A stretch of 32,000 nt of DNA, from the sequence record MK250016.1; one strand, written 5' to 3'. The notes under the pieces were generated by a model. The model saw only the letters and a program-made list of their open reading frames with translations, was not told the origin of the DNA and did no database searches. Shown piece after piece: positions 20,892 through 31,719 of this stretch. Made by a program: the position numbers and the translations under genes. Position 1 is the stretch's first letter; each line of letters starts with the position of its first letter. The DNA is from Prevotella phage Lak-A1.

Positions 20892-21284
20892 ATGGGACTT
20901 AAATTTAAAAATCAAAATCCAATTTCTGATAATAATACATTAAAAGTATATTTCTGTACAGAGGATGTACATAATGATCCGGATGATGCATGGTCAGATG
21001 AACTTATTACTATAGTATATCATATTGCTGCAACAACGGTAGATGAAGCTGTTGATCTTTGGGTTGAAAAATATTCTGATATTACATGGAAAGATAAAAC
21101 AAGAGAGGATTTTAACAGACAAGATTATTGGGATGCATGGATAGATCATAACAGGGAAAAAACTTATAATGTATACTTAAATAAAATTTTAAAATTAAAA
21201 AGGAAACTGAGTAAATCAATGGTTGAAATTCCTGGTATTTTCCATATTGGTAAGCCTTGTGTACTTTTAAAATCAAAATTATGA
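20892..21284 (+). CDS. hypothetical protein (130 aa)
   Basis: Intact ORF. Confidence 0.6.
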   Translation: MGLKFKNQNPISDNNTLKVYFCTEDVHNDPDDAWSDELITIVYHIAATTVDEAVDLWVEKYSDITWKDKTREDFNRQDYWDAWIDHNREKTYNVYLNKILKLKRKLSKSMVEIPGIFHIGKPCVLLKSKL

Positions 21285-21676
21285 AACTAAAAATTAATAT
21301 AGAAAAATATTCAAACTATTCATCAGATGCTGATAAGGAAGTTAGCACGAAGGAAATTGAATTTGATGATAAAATGTTTGATGAAATAACAAGACCTTTA
21401 AAAACAAAAAAGAAAGTTAAGAAATGTTTATGGTGTGCAACATTTGATGATAGACTTATTGTGAATTATAAAGGTAAACATACATATACAAGTGAAAAGA
21501 AACTTTATAATGGTATTATAGCAAATTTCGAACAGTTATTTAAATATTATAAGATAGATGATTATAAATATGAACCATTAACTTATATTCAATATGATTT
21601 TAAAGAATTGTTAGATAGACTTTTGAAAGAAAACAGAATAAAGTTTCATAGTATTGTTTTAGAATCAATTGAATAA
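21281..21676 (+). CDS. hypothetical protein (131 aa)
   Basis: ATGA overlap with previous gene; MKLKINIEKYSNYSSDADKEVS... Confidence 0.6.
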   Translation: MKLKINIEKYSNYSSDADKEVSTKEIEFDDKMFDEITRPLKTKKKVKKCLWCATFDDRLIVNYKGKHTYTSEKKLYNGIIANFEQLFKYYKIDDYKYEPLTYIQYDFKELLDRLLKENRIKFHSIVLESIE

Positions 21677-21679
21677 TAT

Positions 21680-22336
21680 ATGAAAAATATAGAAATTTAT
21701 TTACCAGAATATATTAGACAACATTATATCTTATCATTTATGTATGGTTCATATGTTTATGGTACAAATACAGATAAATCAGATAAAGATATAATTGTTA
21801 TCGTTGATGATAATATTGAATTAGAAAATTCTGTTAATGGAATTAAGGAAATTTTCGTAACTGATGGAATAACTGAATATGATTTTCAGATTATCAATAA
21901 CAATACATTCAAAAAGATGCTCTACGAACATCATATAATCGCTGTAGAAAGTTTATTTATGTCATCTGATATGTATTCAAGTATTGAACTTTTTAACTCG
22001 TTATACGCGAAATATTTCATTCTTGATAAATGGAAATTGCGGCAGGTTATTTCAAAAATAGTTGGAAATTCTTATGCGAAATGTCATAAGAAGTTAACAG
22101 TAGAAAAAGATTATGATTTATATAGATCACAAAAATCATTATATCATTGTATACGATTATATATGTTTGGAATTCAAATAGGAAAAACAGGAAAGATATA
22201 TGATTATAGTGAAGCAAATCATTATTTAAAAGAAATATTAGATAAAAAATATTCATGGGAACAATATAAAAAAGAATATAAACCATTACTTAATAAATTA
22301 AGAAGTGAAATGGTTTTATATTGTCCTAAACCATAA
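21680..22336 (+). CDS. nucleotidyltransferase-fold protein (Pol-beta superfamily)
   Basis: FMYGSYVYGTNTDKSDKDIIVIVDD matches GS-x(n)-DxD pattern. Confidence 0.75.
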   Translation: MKNIEIYLPEYIRQHYILSFMYGSYVYGTNTDKSDKDIIVIVDDNIELENSVNGIKEIFVTDGITEYDFQIINNNTFKKMLYEHHIIAVESLFMSSDMYSSIELFNSLYAKYFILDKWKLRQVISKIVGNSYAKCHKKLTVEKDYDLYRSQKSLYHCIRLYMFGIQIGKTGKIYDYSEANHYLKEILDKKYSWEQYKKEYKPLLNKLRSEMVLYCPKP

Positions 22337-22483
22337 AAATAAAAAAATATTTGAAAAAAATTATTTAAAAACTAAACTTTTTAAATGATATTCAATATTA
22401 TATATGTTACTTGTGTGAATATCAAGTAATTAATTTTTAATTTTAATATTTTAGTTAATAACAAATTTTAAATTTTTTAAAGT

Positions 22484-23533
22484 ATGAAGAAGTTTATTTT
22501 TATGCTTATTGCAATGTTTACATTTGCAATTGGTTCAATTAACGCACAGACACAGAATGACTATGCAGGTTCTAGTAAGTTTACTGATAATGTTTCAGTA
22601 ACACTTCAGGGTGGTGTTCTTACATCATTTGATAATTTTTATAGTGGTCATACTGCAATGGCACCTATTGTTTTGATTGGCGCAGATAAGTATGTAACCC
22701 CTTGGTTGGGATTTGGTGTAGAAGGTCGTACACTTATTGGTACAGGTCATGGTAGTTATAATACATATACTGCTTTTGATTATGTTAATGTAAGTGGTCT
22801 TGTAAAGGTTAATCTTGCTAATGCATTTAAGTTTGATGGAACACGTAAGTTCTTTGAGCCTGTTGTTTATACAGGTCTTGGTTGGGGACATCAGACAGCA
22901 AGTTATGGAGATAATCACAATAATTGGATGACTTATCGTGCAGGTGCAGAGTTTAATTTTAATCTTGGTGAGGATCGTGCATGGGGTATTGTTGTAAATC
23001 CATCAGTTGTTTGGAATGACATTGACAATGGTAAGCTTGTAAAGAAGAACGGTAGTTTTGAGATTACAGCAGGTGTTGTTTATCGTTTCAAGAATTCAAA
23101 TGGAAAGCGTTCATTTGCTAAGGCACATCTTTATGATGCAGCAGAGGTTGCAGCTCTTAACAAGAAGATTAATGAGCTTGAATCACGTGAACCTGTTGTA
23201 ATTGAGAAGATTGTAGAGAAGCCTGTTGCAACTAATACTGTTGCAGGTGTTGGCTCAAATGTGTTTATTGCTCCATTTAAGTTTAATAGTTCTGAGCTTT
23301 CTGATAAGTGTAAGTCAGTACTTGATAATATTGCAGAGGGCACAACAGTTGTAATTGATGCATATGCATCTTCTGAGCCAAAGAGTTCTGCAAAGTATAA
23401 TACAAAGCTTTCTGTAGAGCGTGCAAATGCAGTTAAGAAGTATCTTGAGTCACGTGGCGTTAAGGTAACAGATACCACTGGACATGGTATAGATGATGAT
23501 TTTGGTCGTGTTGCTATTGTTACTGTAAAGTAA
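22484..23533 (+). CDS. OmpA-like outer membrane protein (signal peptide, beta-barrel, C-terminal OmpA/peptidoglycan-associated domain)
   Basis: MKKFIFMLIAMFTFAIGSINAQ signal; barrel-like region; VFIAPFKFNSSELSDKCKSVLDNIAEGTTVVIDAYASSEPKSSAKYNTKLSVERANAVKKYLESRGVKV. Confidence 0.88.
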   Translation: MKKFIFMLIAMFTFAIGSINAQTQNDYAGSSKFTDNVSVTLQGGVLTSFDNFYSGHTAMAPIVLIGADKYVTPWLGFGVEGRTLIGTGHGSYNTYTAFDYVNVSGLVKVNLANAFKFDGTRKFFEPVVYTGLGWGHQTASYGDNHNNWMTYRAGAEFNFNLGEDRAWGIVVNPSVVWNDIDNGKLVKKNGSFEITAGVVYRFKNSNGKRSFAKAHLYDAAEVAALNKKINELESREPVVIEKIVEKPVATNTVAGVGSNVFIAPFKFNSSELSDKCKSVLDNIAEGTTVVIDAYASSEPKSSAKYNTKLSVERANAVKKYLESRGVKVTDTTGHGIDDDFGRVAIVTVK

Positions 23534-23569
23534 TAAAAGTAGTTTAAAGTTTAATAATAATTTAATTTT

Positions 23570-23606
23570 AGTGTGATTAGAATTTATTTCTAGTCACACT
23601 TTTTTA
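23570..23606 (+). terminator. intrinsic terminator downstream of the OmpA-like gene
   Basis: agtgtgattagaaatttatttctagtcacacttttttatttt-type stem-loop (agtgtga...tcacact). Confidence 0.8.
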
Positions 23607-23622
23607 TTTTATAATAATTGTG

Positions 23623-23630
23623 TATCTTTG
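23623..23630 (+). promoter_or_regulatory. Bacteroidetes-type -7 element (TATCTTTG)
   Basis: Just downstream of the OmpA-like gene terminator. Confidence 0.6.
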
Positions 23631-23666
23631 TAATATAATATATTGTTTAAACAGAAGTTATTTAAT

Positions 23667-23993
23667 ATGATAAAATTTAAAAATCAAACATCAAATAATA
23701 CTATATCATCAGATGTAATTAAAGATTTAATAGATACATTACCAACTACAAAATCACCAATATTTAAAACGAAGAATTTTACTATTCGTGATTTACGTAT
23801 TGGAAGTATTATACGTATTCATTTATGTAATGATTCCCGTGGTGATAAAGGATATGTTACAACAGAAATTGTTGCATTATTTAATTCAATGGGACAACAT
23901 ATATATAATTCTAATGCAGATTTTGCAATTGTATATGAAGGTATAGTATGGACTGCAAATTGTACACAAATAGATAAAATAATTTCGTATTAA
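23667..23993 (+). CDS. hypothetical protein (108 aa)
   Basis: ATG at 23667 within track ORF 23643..23993. Confidence 0.6.
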   Translation: MIKFKNQTSNNTISSDVIKDLIDTLPTTKSPIFKTKNFTIRDLRIGSIIRIHLCNDSRGDKGYVTTEIVALFNSMGQHIYNSNADFAIVYEGIVWTANCTQIDKIISY

Positions 23994-24017
23994 TTTTTTT
24001 ATTCAAAAATAAATGTG

Positions 24018-24025
24018 TATCTTTG
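24018..24025 (+). promoter_or_regulatory. Bacteroidetes-type -7 element (TATCTTTG)
   Basis: 30 nt upstream of the 24055 start codon. Confidence 0.6.
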
Positions 24026-24054
24026 AGATGTAACAAATAAAACAATAGAAAATT

Positions 24055-24480
24055 ATGAATAAGATTTTTATAACATTGATTTTTAGTTTTGTATGTATGT
24101 TTGCTAATGCAACATCACATAATAAATTACATATCGGATATGATAAAGATATGTGTAGCGATTATTATGTTCTTTCTATAAAGAAAGATACTGTATACGT
24201 TACATATTATGAATATGAACAAGGTACATTTGTATATTATGATGGTTTAAATGATTTTGCATCATCACGCCTTACACCATTGATGAATAAATTGGTTAAT
24301 ATTCATACAAAAAAAGTTAATAAGATTAAAAATGAATATGAAAATCTTCTTATTGATATTAATGTAGTAAATCCTACATATCATAAATGTAAAAATAATT
24401 ATATTGCATTTTATGAAATGGGTATATTATATAATAAAATAGGAAATCTTATTGATAAAGTAAAAAAAATTACAAAATAA
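24055..24480 (+). CDS. small secreted protein
   Basis: Signal peptide MNKIFITLIFSFVCMFANA. Confidence 0.65.
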   Translation: MNKIFITLIFSFVCMFANATSHNKLHIGYDKDMCSDYYVLSIKKDTVYVTYYEYEQGTFVYYDGLNDFASSRLTPLMNKLVNIHTKKVNKIKNEYENLLIDINVVNPTYHKCKNNYIAFYEMGILYNKIGNLIDKVKKITK

Positions 24481-24488
24481 AAATAATT

Positions 24489-24662
24489 ATGGAAGTTAAT
24501 ATTACAGAAGAAAAGTTTAAAGCATATAGAGAATTACAAAATTCTGGAGAAATTAATATGCTTGATTATATTAATGGATGTAAACTTACTGGTCTTAGTA
24601 AAGAAGAGTATATTGATATTATCCATAATTATAATACATATAGAGAAAAATTTAATATTTAA
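24489..24662 (+). CDS. small hypothetical protein (57 aa)
   Basis: MEVNITEEKFKAYRELQNSGEINMLDYINGCKLTGLSKEEYIDIIHNYNTYREKFNI*. Confidence 0.5.
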   Translation: MEVNITEEKFKAYRELQNSGEINMLDYINGCKLTGLSKEEYIDIIHNYNTYREKFNI

Positions 24663-24680
24663 TTATAAAAATTATATTTC

Positions 24681-25202
24681 ATGAGTAAAGTATTTTATCC
24701 TACAAATCTTGGAGGTATGTCAATTAATTGGGTTGACTATCTTGGAAGTACGAAGAATTCTACAAATAAGAGTGAACTGCTTATTGACCATATTGCAACA
24801 ATGAGTAATGAAAATAATGGTAAAGATGTTTATATGAATTTCTTTGAAGAGATTGATCGTATAGATGATGAGACTGCACAGAATCAATATAAGACATTTT
24901 TGCGAATTAATATTACAGAAGCTATTAAGCATGATCTTGAGTGGATGGAAATGAATAATAAAAGTATCAATGATCCAACGAATTCACATTATATTAATCT
25001 TGAGTCTTTGAGTATTACTGATATTGATGTTAATGATGATTTTAAGTTCATTCGAATTCATTATGATTTTTGTCAGAATCATTTTGCATGTTCATGTAGT
25101 CGTCGTAGAATGGTAGGTGCTGTATATCGTTTGCATGCACTAACTTCTAATAAGAATGAATTGTTTGCATGTTCATGGGATGGACCTATTGTTTTTTGGT
25201 AA
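24681..25202 (+). CDS. hypothetical protein (173 aa)
   Basis: Intact ORF. Confidence 0.65.
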   Translation: MSKVFYPTNLGGMSINWVDYLGSTKNSTNKSELLIDHIATMSNENNGKDVYMNFFEEIDRIDDETAQNQYKTFLRINITEAIKHDLEWMEMNNKSINDPTNSHYINLESLSITDIDVNDDFKFIRIHYDFCQNHFACSCSRRRMVGAVYRLHALTSNKNELFACSWDGPIVFW

Positions 25203-25222
25203 AATTAAATTTAAATAGATAT

Positions 25223-25432
25223 ATGATTAACATTAATGATTTAACAGATAACGAAAAATATATTTTTACACAAGGTTATGAACAGGGACAAAAAGAAAGT
25301 CTTGAAAATTATGATAATATTGAAAAGATTATAGATGCATATCTTGTAGTAAAACATGAATGTCAAAATAAAGATTTCATGGAAAGACATGACTTTATTT
25401 CACTTGTTATCGATAAGACAAAACAAATTTAA
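25223..25432 (+). CDS. small hypothetical protein (69 aa)
   Basis: MININDLTDNEKYIFTQGYEQGQKESL...; internal ATG of track ORF 25169..25432. Confidence 0.5.
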   Translation: MININDLTDNEKYIFTQGYEQGQKESLENYDNIEKIIDAYLVVKHECQNKDFMERHDFISLVIDKTKQI

Positions 25433-25470
25433 GTTAATATAAATTATAGAATTAAAATAAAAGATATATT

Positions 25471-26736
25471 ATGCCTATTATTTAGAAAACAAAGTATTCA
25501 TATAATGATTTGACTATTGAGCCTGCAGTAATTAGTTCAATTAAGAGTAGGAAGGAATGTGATCCATATGAGCGTATGGATGTAAATATGAGAGATTATC
25601 TTCCGTTGTTTACTGCACCAATGTCTACTATTGCAAATGAACATAATTTTAATATATGGAAGAAGAATAAAATTATGCCTATGTTGCCACGAAATATTGG
25701 TGCTGATCCAAATGGAAGTATTGATAAACGAATTAGTTATATCAAAGATTTTCTTGATAATGGTGATTGGGTTGCGTTGTCACTTAAGGAATTTGAATAT
25801 GTTTTTGTAGAACATAAGATGATGAGTCCTGGACAAATCTTTCCTGGTTATAATCGAACATATAGAGTATGTGTAGATTTGGCTAATGGTCATATGGAAT
25901 GTCTATATGATACAATTAATAAAGCGAAGGAAATTGCAAGAAATGACAATTATAAACTTATTGTAATGACAGGAAATATTGCAAATTCTGAAACATATAG
26001 ATGGATTTGCAAACATGCTGAAGTTGATTATATTAGATTGTCTGTGGGAAGTGGATCAAATTGTATTACGGCTACGCAGACCTCTGTTCATTATCCTATT
26101 GCATCATTAATTGATGAATGTAAGTATATAAAGAATGTATACGAAGGTAAATCTTATGCTAAATCAACACCTTATATTATTGCTGATGGTGGTGTTAGAG
26201 GATATGCAGATGTTATTAAGGCTATTGCTCTTGGTGCAGATTATGTAATGATTGGTAGTTTGTTTACAGGATTACTTGAATCTGCTGCACCTCTTGATAT
26301 TGAGTGTTATAATTCACATTATAAGTATGGATATGCAGCAGGTATTATTAATGATGGTATTAATAATATTCTTAATCTTTGGGATAGTCTTGAAGATGAA
26401 GATGATAATGATACATTAGTACCAATTGATAATAAAGAATTGGAGCAGAAGAAGAAAGATTTCATTAAGGATATGAAAGATATTGTAAAGGAATCTTATG
26501 GTATGTCTACAAAGAAGGCTCAGAAGTTGATTAATCCAAATGCAAAGTCAAAGACTTCTGAAGGATGTACGAAGTATATTCATGTAAAGGAAACTGTTAA
26601 GCAGTGGTCAGATAATATGATAGATTATTTCAGGTCAGCAATGAGTTATACAAATAAGAAATATATTAATGATTTCAGAGGAAAAGTAGATCTGATTATT
26701 AATAGTTCATCTGCAATTCTTGCAGTAAATAAGTAA
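25471..26736 (+). CDS. IMP dehydrogenase / GMP reductase family protein, in-frame TAG at codon 5
   Basis: MPIIQKTKYSYNDLTIEPAVISS, LPLFTAPMSTI, SVGSGSNCITATQTSVHYP, YIIADGGVRGYADVIKAIALGADYVMIGSLFTGLLES. Confidence 0.88.
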
Positions 26737-26761
26737 ATAATTTTATTCATCATTTTAATAT

Positions 26762-26802
26762 TAGGATGGAATACTTAATTATGAGTATTTCATCCTTTTT
26801 TA
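26762..26802 (+). terminator. intrinsic terminator
   Basis: aggatggaatacttaattatgagtatttcatcctttttt. Confidence 0.75.
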
Positions 26803-26832
26803 ATAAATATATAAAAAGAAAAATTACCTAAT

Positions 26833-29031
26833 ATGTCAAAAATAAAGAATTATCAAAAGTTAGATAAAAATTCTGTATTTAATAATTGTAGTTATGCATA
26901 GTCAGCAGGTGTTTATTATAATTAGGAAGGTTTTTCTAATGTAACAAATAAAATTTAGGATATGGGAACATATAATCCTGATAAGTATATATTAGGAAAT
27001 ATAACTAAACCAAATAAGAAGACATTTGTTAATTATGATAAACATGAAATAATTAATAAAGGAAATAATACAAAAATTAACATTAATAATATAAAGAATA
27101 ATAAGGAAACATATGCGTATGTTTCTGGTATTATGGTTCCTACTATTGAAGCAGAAGTAAAACCTATTACAGAAATATTAAAAGAAACTGAAAATAATAT
27201 TACAAATTCAAAAAATATAGTTATTAATAGTAAAGAATTTAAAGAATTACATAAAGAAGAAAAAGTTATTAATAATAAAGACGTTAAACAAGTAAAAAGT
27301 AAATCATCTGTAAATTTATTTTCTAAAGTATTTGAAAATAAACAATAGAATGATATTAATGATATTAATGATGATAATGTAATATATTTAAATGGTTGGG
27401 TATGGTTAAATAGATTTAATAAACCATATGCACATAATTTTGGTGATGATATAAATTTTTCATTTTTGACAGAAATAACAGGTAAGAAACATAAGAAATA
27501 CGATAATGAATTTGTAACAAATTATTTAATGATTGGAAGTATTTTTATTGATAAGTATATAAATGATTTTACAGAAGTATGGGGTAGTGGAATGTTAAGA
27601 CATTAGGTATTATATAAAAAACCAAATAAAGTATATGCAGTTAGAGGTCCAAAAACACGAGAGATCTGTTTAGCATCAAATATAGATTGTCCGGAAATAT
27701 ATGGAGATCCTGCATTATTAATACCATATTACTATTATCCTTATGTAATGAAAAAATATAAATTAGGAATTATTCCACACCATTCTCATATTAATTCAGA
27801 TATATTAAATAAATTTAAAGATAATAAAAATATTAAGATTATTAATTTTACAAAATATAATGATTGGAAAGATATAATTAAAGAAATTGTAGAATGTGAA
27901 TTTATTATATCTGAAAGTTTACATGGTTTGATTATATCAGAAGCATTTAGAATTCCTAATATATGGATTTCATTAGGAAATAATATAGGATAGAATTTGA
28001 AATATGAAGATTTCTTTTTATCTATTAATAAACCATTATATGATTCATATTTAGTAAATGAAGATACAACATATGAAGATTTATTAAAATTAAAAGATAA
28101 TTATAATTCAACATTTGAAATAGATTTACAAAAATTAGTTGATGCTTGTCCTATAAAATTAAAGAATTTAAATTTATATAATCAGATTAAACCATATACA
28201 GGAAAAGTATTATTATGCTGTATAGGAAAAATGGAAAATAATTATATACGAGAGTTTGTAGAATATTATAAAACAATAGGATTTGATAATATATGTTTAT
28301 ATGATAATAATGATATAGATGGAGAACATTTTGAGGATGTAATAGGTGATTATATAGATTCAGGATTTGTAATATTAAAAGATTGGAGAGGAAAAGAATT
28401 AGCATAGATTCCATCATATACAGATTGTTATAATACATATAAAGATGAATATGATTGGATTGCATATTTTGATATAGATGAATTTTTAGATTTAGCTTGT
28501 AATAATATAAAAGAATTCTTATCTGATGATATGTATAATGATAAAGGTATAAATTGTATAAGAGTTTGCTGGAAACAATTTACTGATTCTAATATTATTA
28601 AAACAGATGGAAATTATTCAGTAACTAAATTTAATCAATATATACCATTAGATAAAGATAAATATTGTGCATAGACAAAAATTATAATTAAAACGTAGTT
28701 AGATAATATCATATTTGATTCACCACATGGTGTTATATATAATAAAGATTGCCATATTACATGTGTAAATACAAATGGTGATTTATGTACAAATGATATA
28801 ATTATAAATAATCCTACATGGGAAAATGCATGTTTAAATCATTATCGTTTTAGAACAATAGAGGAATATGTATTAAATAAAATGGTAAGATTATGGCCAA
28901 CAACATATATGAATGGTGGAAAAACGGGATTAAATTTAAATTTATTTTTTAGATATAATACATTTTCATAGGAAAAATTAGATTTTGCAAATTATCTTTT
29001 AGATAAATATAATATAAGTAGAAATGAATAA
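26833..29031 (+). CDS. fusion protein (~732 aa): N/K-rich leader/linker + polysaccharide pyruvyl transferase-like domain + GT92/Glyco_tranf_2_4-like glycosyltransferase
   Basis: Track ORFs 26962, 27748 and 27997 share one frame. TAGs at 26899, 26923, 26956, 27346, 27604, 27991, 28405, 28672, 28696, 28969; TAA 29029. Motifs NFGDDIN, VWGSG, YAVRGPKTREIC, GDPALLIPYYY, ESLHGLIISEAF; then ICLYDNNDIDGEHF, DWRGKELA(Q)IPSYTDCYNTYKDEYDWIAYFDIDEFL. Confidence 0.82.
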
Positions 29032-29040
29032 ATGAAAATA

Positions 29041-29102
29041 AAAGAGCAATTAAATATTTTTATATAGTGCAAAATTATATAGAATATTAATTGCTCTTTT
29101 TT
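29041..29102 (+). terminator. terminator-like stem-loop before the structural genes
   Basis: aaagagcaattaa ... ttaattgctctttttt. Confidence 0.7.
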
Positions 29103-29134
29103 GATAAATATAAAAAATAACATGTTATATTTAA

Positions 29135-30100
29135 ATGAATAAAGATATACGTCCACCTCAGCATGTATTACATGTTTTCGATCCTAATAGAAAATGTAGA
29201 CCACATGATGAAGTTGAGTTTATAGAAGGTCGTTATGTTGATATTGTAAATGCAAAGAATAAGGATCCACATACTTTGTATTTCGGTAAATCAAAGAATT
29301 CTGAACTCTTAACAGGTATTTTTTTAGGTGATCTTGAACTTACTTCAAAAGTAAAAGATGTATCTCTTGTTTCTGTTGATGGTGTTGTAACATTATCTAT
29401 TAAATATGTTAATTCTGCTGGTAAACTTGCAACAGTAAAAACAAATTTACCTTCATAGAAACTTGTTGAAGATATTAAAAAATTCTTAGAGGATTTTGAT
29501 ACAAGTATTCTTGATAAAATTAACACATCATTCAGTGATGTATATGATAGATTAAATGTTATCGATTCATCAATAGTTGATATTAATAATCATCTTACAG
29601 TTATAGATACTTCTGTAGGTGAATTAACAACAAGAGTAGATACATTAGATACATCATTATTAGGATTAATAGATGAACTTGATCATGGTAAGTATAATTA
29701 TACAATACATGAAGATCCTGGAACATATGCAAACGGTTTCAAAAAAACATTTACTTTATTTAAAGGTGAAGAAGAACAAAAAGATTCATCTAAGATTGAA
29801 GTAACTGATATGGTGTTGAAATAGTTAAATTATGTTAAAGATAATAATGTAATTGAAGCAAAAGTTTGGCCAGAACCTATTAAGTCAATCGATTTAATCG
29901 GTGATGTTCTTACATTAAAAGATGGTACAGTTATTAAAGATGTTATTTCATCTCTTGATAAAGATTTAATTAAAACTGTATCATTAGACATGAAAGGTTA
30001 TGACGAACATATTAATGACTTCATGAATACTGATTCATCTATTAATGACAGATTAACTTTTGTAGAAAACCAATTGAAATGGGAAGAGTTAGATAAATAA
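29135..30100 (+). CDS. phage structural/tail-type protein (321 aa) with coiled-coil
   Basis: TAG at 29456 and 29822 in frame; TSILDKINTSFSDVYDRLNVIDSSIVDINNHLTVIDTSVGELTTRVDTLDTSL heptads; C-terminus QLKWEELDK. Confidence 0.7.
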
Positions 30101-30144
30101 AAAAAGAGAAAATAAATAATAAAATTAAATCTATTAAATTTAAT

Positions 30145-31719
30145 ATGAATAAAAATATGGTTTATGGTGCTAATGAAGCAACTTCTTTAACTGATAAAGT
30201 TGCAGATTTTACAAAGGGTAAAAACATTCACTTTGGTTCTGGTGCATTTGAAGAATAGAAAGTTGTTGCTATTGCAACAGCAGCTGAATCTGATGCAAAG
30301 GTTCGTTTCGTATATGATGCAATAGGTGATTCTGGTATGGTATTTGTTGGTAATCAACTTGCATCTTCTAAGATTCTTGACATTACAACAAATAAAGTAG
30401 CAAAGAAACATTTTGATCCTGAAACTGGTAATTATGTAGAATCAACTACAGAAAAAGTTGCAACTAAGGTAACAGTTACATGGTTTGGTTCTCAGGAAGA
30501 TCCAAAAGATAATGTTGTAAAGACACAGACATGGACTACTGTATTTGATGTTATTGATACAGATACAGTAAAAGCAATGATTGATAAAGCTTCAGCAGAT
30601 TTAAATAAATCAGTTGATGATTTAAAAACAAAGCATGAAGCAGACGTTTTACGTTTAGATACATCAGTTAACGGCATTGAGACACTTCTTAAGCGCGATG
30701 TAGTTTCAGCTGACACTGGTAGTGCACTTACAGTAACTCCTACTTCTGCTGATGCAACAGGTTATAAGACTTATAAGGTTGCAGTTAACGTAGATGATGC
30801 AAAAGGTTCAACTATTAAGGTTGTAGATAATAAGATTAAGATTGCAAAGTATGCAATTAAGCAGGTTGCTGCGGATTCTATGGAAAAAGATGCAGATACT
30901 AATGAAACAAAGTATGCATCTGAATATCAGTTAATGATGACTGATGCTGATGGTGTTACAAAGGCAGTTGGTGATAAGATTAACATTGCAAAAGACTTCT
31001 TAGTAACTAAGGCACATGTATGTACATTTAAGTATGTTGCTGAAAATGGCGCAGAAATTAAGTATGATGTACAACTTGAAGATCAATGGGGTAATTCTCC
31101 AGCAGTTAAATATGGAGATGAAGTAACATCAGAAAATCAGCTTCCATGGTCTAAGAATCAGGATGGTACATGGGAACAAGCACGTCTTGGTTTCGGTATT
31201 AAGTATGGTCATTCATATTTACACTTAGTTATCAATACTAAGCCAACTAATACAAAAGCTGCTAGACTTGATGATGTTTATCTTGATTTTACAGAAATCT
31301 TTACAACATTCAAGGGTGATGATAAATTCATCAAGGTTGAGAATGGCGTTGTTTCTTTGGATATTGATGCTGTTTCATCTAAAGTTGATGAAAAACTTAA
31401 GGTTAATGATACATTCACAGAACTTAAGGCAAAAGATGAAGCAATTGAAGGTCGTCTTAATGGATTAGATACATCTGTAAGCAATATTGAGAAATCATAT
31501 GTAACAGATGCATCTCTTGAAGCGCCAAAGGCAGATAATGCACAGTTCAATACTTTAAAGATTACAAATCATAAAGTTGTTGATGGTGTTGCAAAAGACA
31601 CAGAGGTTACTGTAGATGTTGCAAATGAAAAATATTATGCAGGATTAAATACAGCATTAAATACACTTACAGAAAATGATAAACATCTTTCTGCACTTCT
31701 TACATGGGAAGAACTCTAA
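30145..31719 (+). CDS. phage structural/tail-type protein (524 aa) with coiled-coil segments
   Basis: ATG 30145 in frame with track ORF 30337 through TAG 30256; ...SVDDLKTKHEADVLRLDTSVNGIETLLKR, ...LNGLDTSVSNIEKS; C-terminus LLTWEEL. Confidence 0.7.

Noticed and set aside
22625-23478. Minus-strand ORFs opposite the OmpA-like gene
   Set aside because: Shadow ORFs caused by codon bias of the sense gene.
19740-26930. Shared 'tattataattaggaag/gag' (YYNQE) stretch in dUTPase and the PPT-GT fusion N-terminus
   Set aside because: Short coincidence in AT-rich sequence (YYN-Q-E); not enough length to claim a shared element.
29233-31550. Minus-strand ORFs opposite the structural genes (29233, 30187, 30492, 31278) and + ORF 31268
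   Set aside because: Antisense or out-of-frame shadows of well-supported sense genes.
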